DNA of 64,000 nt, taken from assembly GCA_965222375.1 (NCBI GenBank), contig CBDCTZ010000016.1:352001-416000 (forward strand), given 5' to 3'. The notes under the pieces were generated by a model that did not search any database, had not been told where the DNA came from, and saw nothing but the letters and a program-made list of their open reading frames with translations. Below, one piece after another: positions 9,681 through 18,593 of the stretch (its first letter is position 1; every line of letters begins with the position of its first letter). Both the position numbers and the translations under genes were made by a program. The stretch comes from Polyangiaceae bacterium. Its GTDB lineage: Bacteria; Myxococcota_A; Polyangia; Polyangiales; Polyangiaceae.

Positions 9681-9706
9681 GGCATGCGCTGGGCTACGCT
9701 TAGTTC

Positions 9707-9931
9707 GTGGACCTACAGCTGACAGCGGTTTTCAAGAAGGTACCGCAAGGGTACATTGCGTTCGTGGAAGAACTTCCTGGTGCGAACACCCAGGGCGCCA
9801 CGCTTGACGAGGCGCGAGAAAACTTGCGGGAAGCCGTCGAATTGGTGCTTGTTGCCAACCGCGAGTTCGCGCGTGAGGACGCCGGTGACGACGAAGTAAT
9901 CCGCGAGCAACTCAGGATCGCTAGCGGGTGA
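9707..9931 (+). CDS. hicB: HicB family antitoxin (inverted TA cassette)
   Basis: GYIAFVEELPGANTQGATLDEARENLREA. Confidence 0.9.
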   Translation: MDLQLTAVFKKVPQGYIAFVEELPGANTQGATLDEARENLREAVELVLVANREFAREDAGDDEVIREQLRIASG

Positions 9932-10113
9932 AGCGTCGCGATCTGATCCGGCATCTTGAGAAGAACGGTTGCCGGCTCCTGCGCGAGGGTGGAAGTCACT
10001 CGGTGTACGTCAATCCAGCGGCGAAGAAGGCATCAACTGTGCCTCGCCACTCCGAGGTCAACGACCATCTCGCGCGCAAGATCTGCAAGGATCTCGATGT
10101 GCCTCGCCCTTAG
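9928..10113 (+). CDS. hicA: HicA family toxin
   Basis: MKRRDLIRHLEKNGCRLLREGGSHSVY...VPRH. Confidence 0.92.
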   Translation: MKRRDLIRHLEKNGCRLLREGGSHSVYVNPAAKKASTVPRHSEVNDHLARKICKDLDVPRP

Positions 10114-10158
10114 CGGAGTGCGCTCCAACGGCCAGCCTGCGCGATGAGTCTGTGGTCC

Positions 10159-10369
10159 GCCTAACAATTGAGGCGTTCAGCAGCGAACGCCAGAAACAAC
10201 ACCACCCAAGACTACCACGCTACAGGCGCAGGGTTGCGCCGAACGCAGCGAAGGCTGCTCGGCGCAAGACCCCTGCGCGAGACCGAAGGGAACCCCTGGA
10301 AGGGGCACGGCGGAGCGAACGCCAACCAGTCAGAAAGCCGGCGGTCGTCCGCTGCAACGTCCTGTAGGC
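10159..10369 (-). repeat. attC, long class, 1-nt deletion in R''
   Basis: Ends CCTGTAGGC instead of CCTGTTAGGC. Confidence 0.9.
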
Positions 10370-10621
10370 GGGGTTCACCGTGACGTAGAACGCCGCTGGC
10401 GGGGGCAGCTCGGTGGCGGCGCTGGCGAAAGCATGCGCGGCAGCAATGGACTTAGTGTGAATGGAAACAACGTCGCCCTCGAACACGCAGCGATCCACGT
10501 ATGCCTTTGCGTCGACAAGAGAGAGCCCAAGGTGAGTGCAGAGCAGTCGGATTACTTCGACGGTCCCGACGCTAGCGGGACCACAGAAACGCGGGTCGAT
10601 CCGGAGTTGTACAGTGGGCAT
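10220..10621 (-). CDS. Hypothetical cassette protein with L7/L12 C-terminal-like motif; reads through into attC
   Basis: VEVIRLLCTHLGLSLVDAKAYVD; expected TAA in R'' lost by the deletion. Confidence 0.6.
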   Translation of the reverse strand: MPTVQLRIDPRFCGPASVGTVEVIRLLCTHLGLSLVDAKAYVDRCVFEGDVVSIHTKSIAAAHAFASAATELPPPAAFYVTVNPAYRTLQRTTAGFLTGWRSLRRAPSRGSLRSRAGVLRRAAFAAFGATLRL

Positions 10622-11010
10622 CAGTGATCACTTCGCGTCGGCGGCTGTAGGCGTGCCCTGATGTATCCGCGAGCCTCGAGATTGAGTCCCCACTCGTCGG
10701 TCCCGCGCGAAATGCCCAAGAAGTAAAGGTTCCGATCAAGTTGTTCAAAGTGCACATCGCAGTCGGACGCGCGCAACGACACCAGCGTTGATTCGTCGTC
10801 GACCTCTACCGTCACCCATGCGGGTTGGTCATCCCAGGGATGGACCTGAATTCGGTTTTTCTGGGTCGTCCAGACGTCGATAACCGTGCTTGTTGAACCC
10901 CCGACCCGAAGGACGTAGCGCGCAGCACCAGTTCGGACGATCTCAATCAAGACGTCGTCGGCAGCAAAGTCATCGACGTCGCCGCTGGGCTGGACCTCGA
11001 GGCGCATCAC
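10621..11010 (-). CDS. Hypothetical acidic cassette protein
   Basis: GGAGGA SD right after R'; stop overlaps start of next gene. Confidence 0.7.
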   Translation of the reverse strand: MMRLEVQPSGDVDDFAADDVLIEIVRTGAARYVLRVGGSTSTVIDVWTTQKNRIQVHPWDDQPAWVTVEVDDESTLVSLRASDCDVHFEQLDRNLYFLGISRGTDEWGLNLEARGYIRARLQPPTRSDH

Positions 11011-11016
11011 TCCTCC

Positions 11017-11203
11017 GCCTAACGATTGAGGCGTTCAGCAGCGAACGCCAGCAACAGCATAACCAAAAAACCACCACGCTGCAGGCGCAGGGTTGCACCG
11101 AACGCATCGAAGGATGCTCGGTGCAAGAACCCTGCGCGCAGGGCGGAACGGACGGTACCCGGTCAGAAAGGCCGCGATCGTCTGCTGCAACGTCCTGTTA
11201 GAC
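11017..11203 (-). repeat. attC, short class (187 bp)
   Basis: GCCTAAC...GTTAGAC. Confidence 0.92.
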
Positions 11204-11497
11204 CGCCCGGTCACGCCAGTAGCCTGGTCGGCGCTTGCAGTGTGCGATGGCCACAACCAGCACCACTTCTCCACGCACGCAGTACACGACTTCGTAGGGG
11301 AACCGCTGCAGAAGGAACCGTCGCGTTCCCTCAAGATGTGCTGGCCAGGCGCCGGGCGCTGCCACGATTTCGCGAAAGGCGCGACGAACCTCGAGTTCAA
11401 AGGCGGTCGCGGCTACGGGGTTGCGCTCGGCGTACCACTCTGCCGCCGCGCGAGCCTCGTCTGCAGCCTCGGCGAGTACATCAAGTACGACCGCCAC
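11198..11497 (-). CDS. RelE/ParE family toxin
   Basis: AADEARAAAEWY...TRRFLLQRFPYEVVY...VVAIAHCKRRPGYW. Confidence 0.9.
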   Translation of the reverse strand: MAVVLDVLAEAADEARAAAEWYAERNPVAATAFELEVRRAFREIVAAPGAWPAHLEGTRRFLLQRFPYEVVYCVRGEVVLVVAIAHCKRRPGYWRDRAV

Positions 11498-11720
11498 TCG
11501 CGATTGCTTTCAGGTCGTCCAACAGTTGTTCACCGGAAACAACGCGCGCCTTTCCGGCGTCGTAGGCCTGAACACGCTTTTGGATTTCGACCGCCCACGC
11601 GACGTCGCGGTCGGCGTCCGGTGGGGATTCATCCAGACTGTGAATTAGCTCGCCCAGGAGTTTCGCGCGGGCCTCAACTGGCAGACGGAGCGCTTCCTGC
11701 AGCAGTTGGTCGATATCCAT
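11481..11720 (-). CDS. Addiction-module antitoxin (TIGR02574-like)
   Basis: LLQEALRLPVEARAKL...AWAVEIQKRV; upstream of and overlapping the toxin. Confidence 0.85.
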   Translation of the reverse strand: MDIDQLLQEALRLPVEARAKLLGELIHSLDESPPDADRDVAWAVEIQKRVQAYDAGKARVVSGEQLLDDLKAIASGGRT

Positions 11721-11769
11721 GAACCCAGTGTACCAGAGCAAGCGGCCACGGCCAGATACGGCGTTGTCG

Positions 11770-11955
11770 GTTTAACAATTGAGGCGTTCAGCAGCGAACG
11801 CCAGGAACATCATACCAAAAAACCAAAAGGCTTCAGGCGCAGGGTTGCGCCGAACGCAGCGAAGGCTGCTCGGTGCAAGACCCCTGCGCGCAGGGCGGAA
11901 CGGACGCTACCCAGTCAGAAAGCCGGCGATCGTCTGCTGCAACGTCCTGTTAGGC
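11770..11955 (-). repeat. attC, short class (186 bp)
   Basis: GTTTAAC...GTTAGGC. Confidence 0.92.
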
Positions 11956-11961
11956 CGCCCG

Positions 11962-12321
11962 CTAACCCATAGACCTCGCAGCCGGGCCGTGCGGCTCTGG
12001 CCAGACGAACTTCACGAAGTAGATGGCCGCAGCCACGAAGCTGCCAACGAAGAGGAAGATGGCCCAAAGCACGCGAGCGTTCTGATCGAGTGCGGCGTTC
12101 TTGAAGACGTGTGCGACGTAGAAGACGAGGAGCGCAAGGACCTCAAGCATAGTGAGGACATGGAGAGCGAGCAGTGTTGGTATCGCAGAGGCGACCGCGG
12201 GCGGGTCCTGGCCAATGGTTGTGATCGTGGTGAGAAACGCTGCAAAGAAGAGCAGCATGTAGAGTGGAGGCCAGCATGTAGCGACGCCGACAAAGATCTT
12301 GGTGCGCTTGCTCAGTTGCAC
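11962..12321 (-). CDS. Small integral membrane protein (cassette)
   Basis: Three hydrophobic segments; fills the inter-attC interval. Confidence 0.75.
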   Translation of the reverse strand: MQLSKRTKIFVGVATCWPPLYMLLFFAAFLTTITTIGQDPPAVASAIPTLLALHVLTMLEVLALLVFYVAHVFKNAALDQNARVLWAIFLFVGSFVAAAIYFVKFVWPEPHGPAARSMG

Positions 12322-12346
12322 AGAAACCTACGGGCAAAGCCAGTCG

Positions 12347-12559
12347 GCCTAACGATTGAGGCGTTCAGCAGCGAACGCCAGCAACAGCATACCCAAAAAA
12401 CCAAAACGCTGCAGGCGCAGGGTTGCGCCGAACGCAGCGAATGCTGCTCGGCGCAAGAGCCCTGCGCGAGACCGAAGGGAACCCTTGGAAGGGGCAGGGC
12501 GGAACGAAGGCCATCCAGTCAGAAAGCCGGCGGTCGTCTGCTGCAACGTCCTGTTAGGA
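12347..12559 (-). repeat. attC, long class (213 bp)
   Basis: GCCTAAC...GTTAGGA. Confidence 0.92.
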
Positions 12560-12612
12560 GGCTGAGGGTGTCAGGTGCTGGAACAACGGACGCCAGGTGG
12601 TGTCATTAGATC

Positions 12613-13077
12613 GTGTGGGCAAGGGCGGCATTGACTCTCGTGCTGGCAATCGGATGTGAGCAACCGCCACCGGTAGAACTTGCGCGGGCGGGTGGGGCCG
12701 CTGGTGCCATCGAGAGAGCGCGCCAGAGTGTCATGGAGAATCACGCTTACGAGCGCCTCGCCTCGGCCAATGCACGGCTTGTGGTAGGCCACACCTGTTA
12801 CTACGGTGCGAAGCGCCCGCAAGGTTGGGCGGAGCTGAACGTGCTTGTGCGTGCACGTCGTGACGACCTGCTGTGGCGGTTGCAGCGAGCGCCAACGCCG
12901 GAAGCGCGCTTGTACGGCGCGATCGGCTTGCGGGAAACGGAAGCGGTTGGCCCGAAGTGGTTCAAAGTGCTGGTGGCGGCGGTCCGGGAGCCCGTGGCGA
13001 CGTGCAGAGGGTGCCTGCTTTCATCGGGTTCGGCGGTGGAAGCAGTTGCCGCGTACGATGACTGGGAGTCGGCCTAA
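12613..13077 (+). CDS. Putative lipoprotein in inverted orientation within a cassette
   Basis: LAIGC lipobox; TAA stop falls in the GCCTAAC of the neighbouring attC. Confidence 0.65.
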   Translation: MWARAALTLVLAIGCEQPPPVELARAGGAAGAIERARQSVMENHAYERLASANARLVVGHTCYYGAKRPQGWAELNVLVRARRDDLLWRLQRAPTPEARLYGAIGLRETEAVGPKWFKVLVAAVREPVATCRGCLLSSGSAVEAVAAYDDWESA

Positions 13078-13257
13078 CAATTGAGGCGTTCAGCAGCGAA
13101 CGCCAGAAACAACACCAACCAACAATATCACGCTACAGGCGCAGGGTTGCGCCGACCGCAGCGAAGGCTGCTCGGTGCAAGACCCCTGCGCGCAGGGCGG
13201 AACGGACGCCATCCAGTCAGAAGGCCGGCGTTCGACTGCTGCAACGTCCTGTTAGGC
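13072..13257 (-). repeat. attC, short class (cassette B variant)
   Basis: Appears identical to 21455-21640. Confidence 0.92.
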
Positions 13258-13259
13258 CG

Positions 13260-13700
13260 CTACGCTACTCCGACGCCTTCCGCGCCTGCACTTCCGGGTC
13301 CGGAAGGAGGCGGTATGTCGGCAACCAGCGCCTCGATGCGCGGCAAGCGAGGAGTGACAGCAGATCGGACCGTTTCAATGGATTGAGGTGCCGAAAAACG
13401 AAGGAGCAACACGTAGATCCCGCCAAAGGATCTGAGATAGGCATCGCCGGAGCGGCGTTTCGCGAAGCGATCAAGGCGGCCGCCGCGACGGAGCGGGGGA
13501 TCGAGACTGGCGAGTTCGTCCAAAACGATCTGCGCAGCGGGAGAGCGGCCGTCGTCCTTCACGTGTTCGCTGGAACACCAGAGCGTACCGCGACTGTCGA
13601 GCACGTAGGCGTAGATGGCGCGGGCATCGGCAGCCAAATTGGTCAGCACGCGCCGCAGCTCGGACGAGGCCGGCGTTTCAGGACCCATGCGCATTCCCAC
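13260..13700 (-). CDS. Cassette B hypothetical protein (copy 1)
   Basis: Same translation as 21643-22083. Confidence 0.75.
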   Translation of the reverse strand: MGMRMGPETPASSELRRVLTNLAADARAIYAYVLDSRGTLWCSSEHVKDDGRSPAAQIVLDELASLDPPLRRGGRLDRFAKRRSGDAYLRSFGGIYVLLLRFSAPQSIETVRSAVTPRLPRIEALVADIPPPSGPGSAGAEGVGVA

Positions 13701-13717
13701 CCACTGTCTCGACGTCG

Positions 13718-13904
13718 GCCTAACAATTGAGGCGTTCAGCAGCGAACGCCAGAAACAACATACCCAAACTCTACCACGCAGTCAGGCGCAGGGTTGCGCC
13801 GAACGCAGCGAAGGCTGCTCGGTGCAAGAACCCTGCGCGCAGGGCGGAACGGACGCTGACGAGTCAGAAAGCCGGCGGTCGTCTGCTGCAACGTCCTGTT
13901 AGGC
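13718..13904 (-). repeat. attC, short class (cassette A variant)
   Basis: Appears identical to the copies at 18403, 20244 and 22101. Confidence 0.92.
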
Positions 13905-13908
13905 AACG

Positions 13909-14274
13909 CTACGAGGACTTGCGGGTCAACCGTGACGCCACCTCGACCAACCCGTTGGTGATGACTTCCGGAAGCGGCGCCGCCAACTTCGTTCGGAGGA
14001 GCGCAGCGATGTCCATTGTGAACAGCACTTCTCCGCCAGCGAAGAGTGAGACGGTTTCGTCCTCCTGGTGCAACCCATCTGGCCACCACTTCCGCTGCCA
14101 CTCGATCCTCAGGGGCTGGTCCTGGATCGAAGCGCAACGGAGGACGACACTGGCGGGGTTGTATGCCGTTTCTGATTCCTGAATTTGAACAACCTCGAGA
14201 CCAAGTTCCTCGAGTCTTGCGCGGAGGTTGGAGACCGCCGCGGTGTCAGACAGGAAAAGGAAGGGCTGAGCCAC
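13909..14274 (-). CDS. Cassette A hypothetical protein (copy 1 of 4)
   Basis: Identical 121-aa translation in four places. Confidence 0.7.
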   Translation of the reverse strand: MAQPFLFLSDTAAVSNLRARLEELGLEVVQIQESETAYNPASVVLRCASIQDQPLRIEWQRKWWPDGLHQEDETVSLFAGGEVLFTMDIAALLRTKLAAPLPEVITNGLVEVASRLTRKSS

Positions 14275-14284
14275 CTGCGCGATT

Positions 14285-14471
14285 GCCTAACAATTGAGGC
14301 GTTCAGCAGCGAACGCCAGGAACAACATACCCAGACATTATCACGCAGTCGGGCGCAGGGTTGCGCCGACCGCAGCGAGGGCTGCTCGGCGCAAGAACCC
14401 TGCGCGCAGGGCGGAACGGACGCCATCCAGTCGAAAAGCCGGCGGTCGTCTGCTGCAACGTCCTGTTAGGA
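14285..14471 (-). repeat. attC, short class (cassette C variant)
   Basis: Appears identical to 18970-19156. Confidence 0.92.
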
Positions 14472-14493
14472 GGCGTCGTTCTTTAGCAGTCGA

Positions 14494-14883
14494 CTATTCC
14501 GTACGGCCAAGAGGCACCGCTTGGGACCAGCGAGCGCCCTCCTGACATTCGAGCATGGCGCCCTGGTTGTGTGCAACGAGACGGAGGGGCCGCGAGGTGA
14601 CGCACCGAAGGAAGGCATTCAGATCGCTCGCCATTGCGGTCATGAGCTCGTGGCGGGGCGTGTCATCGTACCCGTCGTAATCGCACCAGTCGGTGACCTC
14701 CAGTCCGGAGGAGTGCTTCGCGTCGACGAACCACTCGAGAACGTTGATGGCAGCGTGGACTGTCACGGAAAGCTCGTCCCGTGTGAGGACAATCTCAACA
14801 TACTCCGCGTGCCGCTGGACAACCACGCCCGGCGTTCCGGCGAAGGCCTCCACCGCAGCGACGTGGGGACGGAGAGCTTTCAC
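14494..14883 (-). CDS. Cassette C hypothetical protein (copy 1)
   Basis: GTG 5 nt after R'; same translation as 19179-19568. Confidence 0.7.
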   Translation of the reverse strand: MKALRPHVAAVEAFAGTPGVVVQRHAEYVEIVLTRDELSVTVHAAINVLEWFVDAKHSSGLEVTDWCDYDGYDDTPRHELMTAMASDLNAFLRCVTSRPLRLVAHNQGAMLECQEGARWSQAVPLGRTE

Positions 14884-14888
14884 CGTCC

Positions 14889-15075
14889 GCCTAACGATTG
14901 AGGCGTTCAGCAGCGAACGCCAGCCACAGCATACCCAAAAAACTACAACGCTGCAGGCGCAGGGTTGCGCCGAACGCAGCGAAGGCTGCTCGGCGCAAGA
15001 ACCCTGCGCGTGGGGCGGAACGGACGCCATCCAGTCAGAAAGCCGGCGGTCGTCTGCTGCAACGTCCTGTTAGGC
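14889..15075 (-). repeat. attC, short class (187 bp)
   Basis: GCCTAAC...GTTAGGC. Confidence 0.92.
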
Positions 15076-15524
15076 GGGCCCCGCCGTCTCTTGGACGTTG
15101 GCTTGCAGCCAGTGAACCAACGCCTCCAGGGTGAGCCGCCCCGAGGCGACGGACATTACGACGCTTTCCTGTTCGTCGTCCGTAGCGATGATTTCGAAAC
15201 CGTTCAGTACGAGGAAGACTTCCATCGCGGCGTGACCGATTCGCTTGTTTCCGTCGATAAAGGGATGACCTTGTATGAGCGCGAAACCAAGCGCGGCGGC
15301 TTTCTCAACAAGGGTTGGGTGCAGCTCGACACCATCGAACGTGGCGAGAGGTTGTGCGAGTGCGGATTGAACTCGCCCGAGGTCGCGCACACCGGCGGCA
15401 CCGCCGGAAGGTAACCGTTCAGGGGTAGGGCGCCTGGACACCGCGGTCTCGCGCAAGCGATCGAGATTGCTCCATTATTTCAATCGGCTTTCCATCTTCG
15501 CAAAAATGGGCGATTGGGACGCTG

Positions 15525-16979
15525 GTGAGCGATCCGCAGGCCGACCGTACCCGGCAGCTCGAGGCTGAAGTTGCAGCCAAAGATGCCCGCATCGCGGAGC
15601 AGGATGCGCGCATCGCGGAGCAGGATGCCCGCATCGCGGAGCTTGAGCAGCAGGTTGCTAGCTTGCTGGAGAAGCTGAATCAAAACTCGTCGAATTCGCA
15701 CAAGCCACCGTCCAGCGATCCCCCGGGCAATCGGAAGGAGCGTCGATCGCGGGCCAAGCAGAAGAAGCGCAAGCGAGGTGGGCAGAAGGGGCACCCGGGC
15801 AGCCACCGAAACTTGGTGCCGGAAGATCAGGTGGACAAGTTCGTCGACCACTTCCCACGCGAGTGCGAAAATTGCTGGAAACCGCTGCCGGAAGTCCGCG
15901 ACCCGCACGCCCATCGTCACCAGGTGACCGAGGTCCCACCCATCCGCCCGCACACGACCGAGTATCGTCGCCACGCGGTAGCCTGCGCAGGCTGCGCCCA
16001 TGTCACTTGCGCGCGCTACGACGAATCTCTGATCCCAACGTCCTCATTTGGACCTCGCCTGATGGCGTTAGTGGCTCTCTTTACGGGCGTGTATCATCTC
16101 AGCCGGCGCAAGGCGCAAGGGCTACTTGCCGATGTGCTGGGCGTCTCGGTTTCACTCGGCGCGATCAGTGCGGTCGAAGAGCGCGTCAGCGACGCGCTCG
16201 CGCCCGCGGTCAATGAAGCCTGGGACCATGCGGTCCAGGCCGATGTGAAACACACCGATGGAACAACCTGGTTTCAGGCAGGCACGACGATGTCCCTTTG
16301 GACCATCGCCACCGCGGCGGTGACGGTGTTCCGGATCCTCGCCGATGGCGCCAAAGACACACTCCGGCCGTTGTTCGGCGACCTGAATGGGATCTTGGTA
16401 AGTGATCGCGCCACAGCACTTACTTTCTGGGCGGCGGAGCGCCGGCAGATCTGTTGGGCGCATTTGCTACGTAAGTTTGTGTCGTTCTCGGAGCGCGATG
16501 GTCCCGCCGGCGCGCTTGGCCGAGACTTGCTCGGCTACACCGGCATCTTGTTCGATTATTGGCGCGACTACCGGGCGGGGAAAATGACCCGGGAGCGATT
16601 TCTGGCGTGGATGGCTCCGCTGCGGCAGCAGATGGAGGCTATGTTCGAGAAGGCTGTCCTCCTCGACATCAAGGACTTGTCGGGGTCGTGCGCCAACATT
16701 CTGAAATACAAGGAGGCGCTTTGGACCTTCATCGAGCGCGATGACGTGGAGCCGACAAACAACCATGCCGAAAGGGAACTGCGCGCTTTCGTGCTCTGGC
16801 GCAAGGGCTCGTTCGGAAGCCAGAGCAAGCGTGGCAACGTCTTCGCTGAGCGCGTGATGACCATCGCGCACACGGCGCGCAAGCAGAACAAGAACGTGCT
16901 GACTTTCCTCGCCGAGTCCTGCCAAGCTCGCATGGAGGGGACAAACTGGCCCTCCTTGTTCAAGACCGCAGCAGCTTGA
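15525..16979 (+). CDS. IS66-family transposase (TnpC-like)
   Basis: Coiled coil, NSSNSHKPPSSD, GGQKGHPG, CxxC zinc finger, HTDGT/VSDR/NNHAERELR DDE, QICWAHLLR. Confidence 0.95.
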   Translation: MSDPQADRTRQLEAEVAAKDARIAEQDARIAEQDARIAELEQQVASLLEKLNQNSSNSHKPPSSDPPGNRKERRSRAKQKKRKRGGQKGHPGSHRNLVPEDQVDKFVDHFPRECENCWKPLPEVRDPHAHRHQVTEVPPIRPHTTEYRRHAVACAGCAHVTCARYDESLIPTSSFGPRLMALVALFTGVYHLSRRKAQGLLADVLGVSVSLGAISAVEERVSDALAPAVNEAWDHAVQADVKHTDGTTWFQAGTTMSLWTIATAAVTVFRILADGAKDTLRPLFGDLNGILVSDRATALTFWAAERRQICWAHLLRKFVSFSERDGPAGALGRDLLGYTGILFDYWRDYRAGKMTRERFLAWMAPLRQQMEAMFEKAVLLDIKDLSGSCANILKYKEALWTFIERDDVEPTNNHAERELRAFVLWRKGSFGSQSKRGNVFAERVMTIAHTARKQNKNVLTFLAESCQARMEGTNWPSLFKTAAA

Positions 16980-16980
16980 G

Positions 16981-17394
16981 TCACTCAGTATCGGCCGCGG
17001 CGTCCACCGCCATCGGGAAGTACCGCGTCAGATGCTTGGAACCGACGCTCCGGATCTGCCCCGCACTCCTCAAACGCGTCATCGGTCGGTGCAGCTCGCG
17101 CACCGAAATGCCGACTTCCTCTGCCAGCGCCGCCATGCCCTTGCCGGGGCTCGCACAGATGGCCGCGTAGAGCCGCTGCCCAATCGCCGTAACTTCCTCG
17201 GGTGGACGGCGACGTCCCGTGCGACCTCTCGACCCTGTCGATGACTTCCGCGCCCTGGCAGCCCGCGTCTCCGCCACCGCGAAGCCTCGCTCGACCGCCT
17301 CCTGCGCGCTCCGCCGGCTTTCCGCGATGTGCTCCCGAACCAGCTGCTCGATCCGCTCCGACAATCCCTCGCTGTTACTCGTCGTCTTCGCCAT
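16981..17394 (-). CDS. Putative winged-helix DNA-binding protein carried inside the IS
   Basis: SPGKGMAALAEEVGISVRELHRPMTRLRSAGQIRSVG wHTH-like pattern; lies within the inverted repeats. Confidence 0.7.
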   Translation of the reverse strand: MAKTTSNSEGLSERIEQLVREHIAESRRSAQEAVERGFAVAETRAARARKSSTGSRGRTGRRRPPEEVTAIGQRLYAAICASPGKGMAALAEEVGISVRELHRPMTRLRSAGQIRSVGSKHLTRYFPMAVDAAADTE

Positions 17395-17509
17395 GCGCCA
17401 CGAATCTCACGTCCCGAGCCGGGCCCTCAACCCAACCCCTGAACGGTTACGCCGGAAGAGGCTACCAGGGCAGCGTGAAGCCTGAGCACCTCGCCGAGTG
17501 TCAGGAACC

Positions 17510-17707
17510 TCATCGAGCAAGCCGACGATACAACTCCGCGTTTTTCGACAGGACGCGGTTCGCGGCATTCTCGAAGTCGTCCGCCGGTTGACCTAGGAGG
17601 TCAGCGATTAGGGCGGAGGCCAACTGCTCTGCGGAGATGCCCAGTGACTTCGCCCTCTCGCGAAGGGCTTCGATCTGGGTTTCCGTCAGTTCGACCGGCA
17701 TTTGCAT
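17510..17707 (-). CDS. Antitoxin partner of Doc (ribbon-helix-helix-like)
   Basis: C-terminal FENAANRVLSKNAELYRRLA; ATGA overlap with doc. Confidence 0.8.
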   Translation of the reverse strand: MQMPVELTETQIEALRERAKSLGISAEQLASALIADLLGQPADDFENAANRVLSKNAELYRRLAR

Positions 17708-17791
17708 GCGAGAAGTGTAGCCGATTTTCTGACGACGGAAACCGGGGCCAACGAAGGCGCCACTCACCAACGCCGCAGCGCGAGATGCTCC

Positions 17792-18004
17792 GCCTAACAA
17801 TTGAGGCGTTCAGCAGCGAACGCCAGGAACAGCATACCCAAAAACCCACAACGCTGCAGGCGCAGGGTTGCGCCGAACGCAGCGAAGGCTGCTCGGCGCA
17901 AGAACCCTGCGCGAGACCGAAGGGAACCCCTGGAAGGGGCAGGGCGGAACGAACGCAGTCCAGTCAGAGCGCCTGCGGTCGTCTGTTGCAACGTCCTGTT
18001 AGGA
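17792..18004 (-). repeat. attC, long class (213 bp)
   Basis: GCCTAAC...GTTAGGA. Confidence 0.92.
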
Positions 18005-18397
18005 GGCTCCGTGGCGGATGGGGGCAAACTCGTTCGGACGCTCGTAAAAAACGCGTTCAAACCGTTCGGTGAGGAAGCTGTCGCTCGGGACCAGTTCGGC
18101 GTAGCGCTCGTTTGCGACGTGCTCAGTTTCGTCCGTCCACTGAGAGAGGACGGGATCCGTCGCCGCCCCGTTGAGGAAGGCGGCCACGTCCTGCAGACCG
18201 AAGTAGGAGAACCCGTCTGCAGCAGCAGCGAGTTCGACCGCTGTGAGGACATCGATGACATGGTGAACGCCGCCGTTCATCGCGATTCCGTGTGCTCGCA
18301 ACAGAGCCGCGAGGGCGGTGTCACCGGAGTGTGGTGTCAGACCGCCAGACTCCAAGGCTGCGCGGTTCCAAACCTGATCCGCGGTGGAAAGAGTCAT
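17999..18397 (-). CDS. Acidic helical cassette protein, DMP19/DUF4375-like
   Basis: AMNGGVHH...AAADGFSYFG pattern, acidic C-terminus; stop in R''. Confidence 0.6.
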   Translation of the reverse strand: MTLSTADQVWNRAALESGGLTPHSGDTALAALLRAHGIAMNGGVHHVIDVLTAVELAAAADGFSYFGLQDVAAFLNGAATDPVLSQWTDETEHVANERYAELVPSDSFLTERFERVFYERPNEFAPIRHGAS

Positions 18398-18402
18398 CGT
18401 CC

Positions 18403-18589
18403 GCCTAACAATTGAGGCGTTCAGCAGCGAACGCCAGAAACAACATACCCAAACTCTACCACGCAGTCAGGCGCAGGGTTGCGCCGAACGCAGCGAAGGC
18501 TGCTCGGTGCAAGAACCCTGCGCGCAGGGCGGAACGGACGCTGACGAGTCAGAAAGCCGGCGGTCGTCTGCTGCAACGTCCTGTTAGGC
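18403..18589 (-). repeat. attC, short class (cassette A variant)
   Basis: Repeat copy. Confidence 0.92.
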
Positions 18590-18593
18590 AACG

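Larger units (their letters stand above)
15411..17450 (+). mobile_element. IS66-family insertion sequence (single-transposase, ISBst12-like organisation), 2040 bp
   Basis: Terminal inverted repeats GTAACCGTTCAGGGGT(A/T)GGG; 8-bp target duplication GCCGGAAG at 15403-15410 and 17451-17458. Confidence 0.95.
15070..17513 (-). pseudogene. doc: Death-on-curing (Doc/Fic) toxin gene interrupted by an IS66-family element
   Basis: 5' part MRFLTLGEVLRLHAALVASSG (17513-17451) joins in frame to GAAGVRDLG...HPFIDGNKRIG when the IS and one target copy are removed. Confidence 0.92.
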
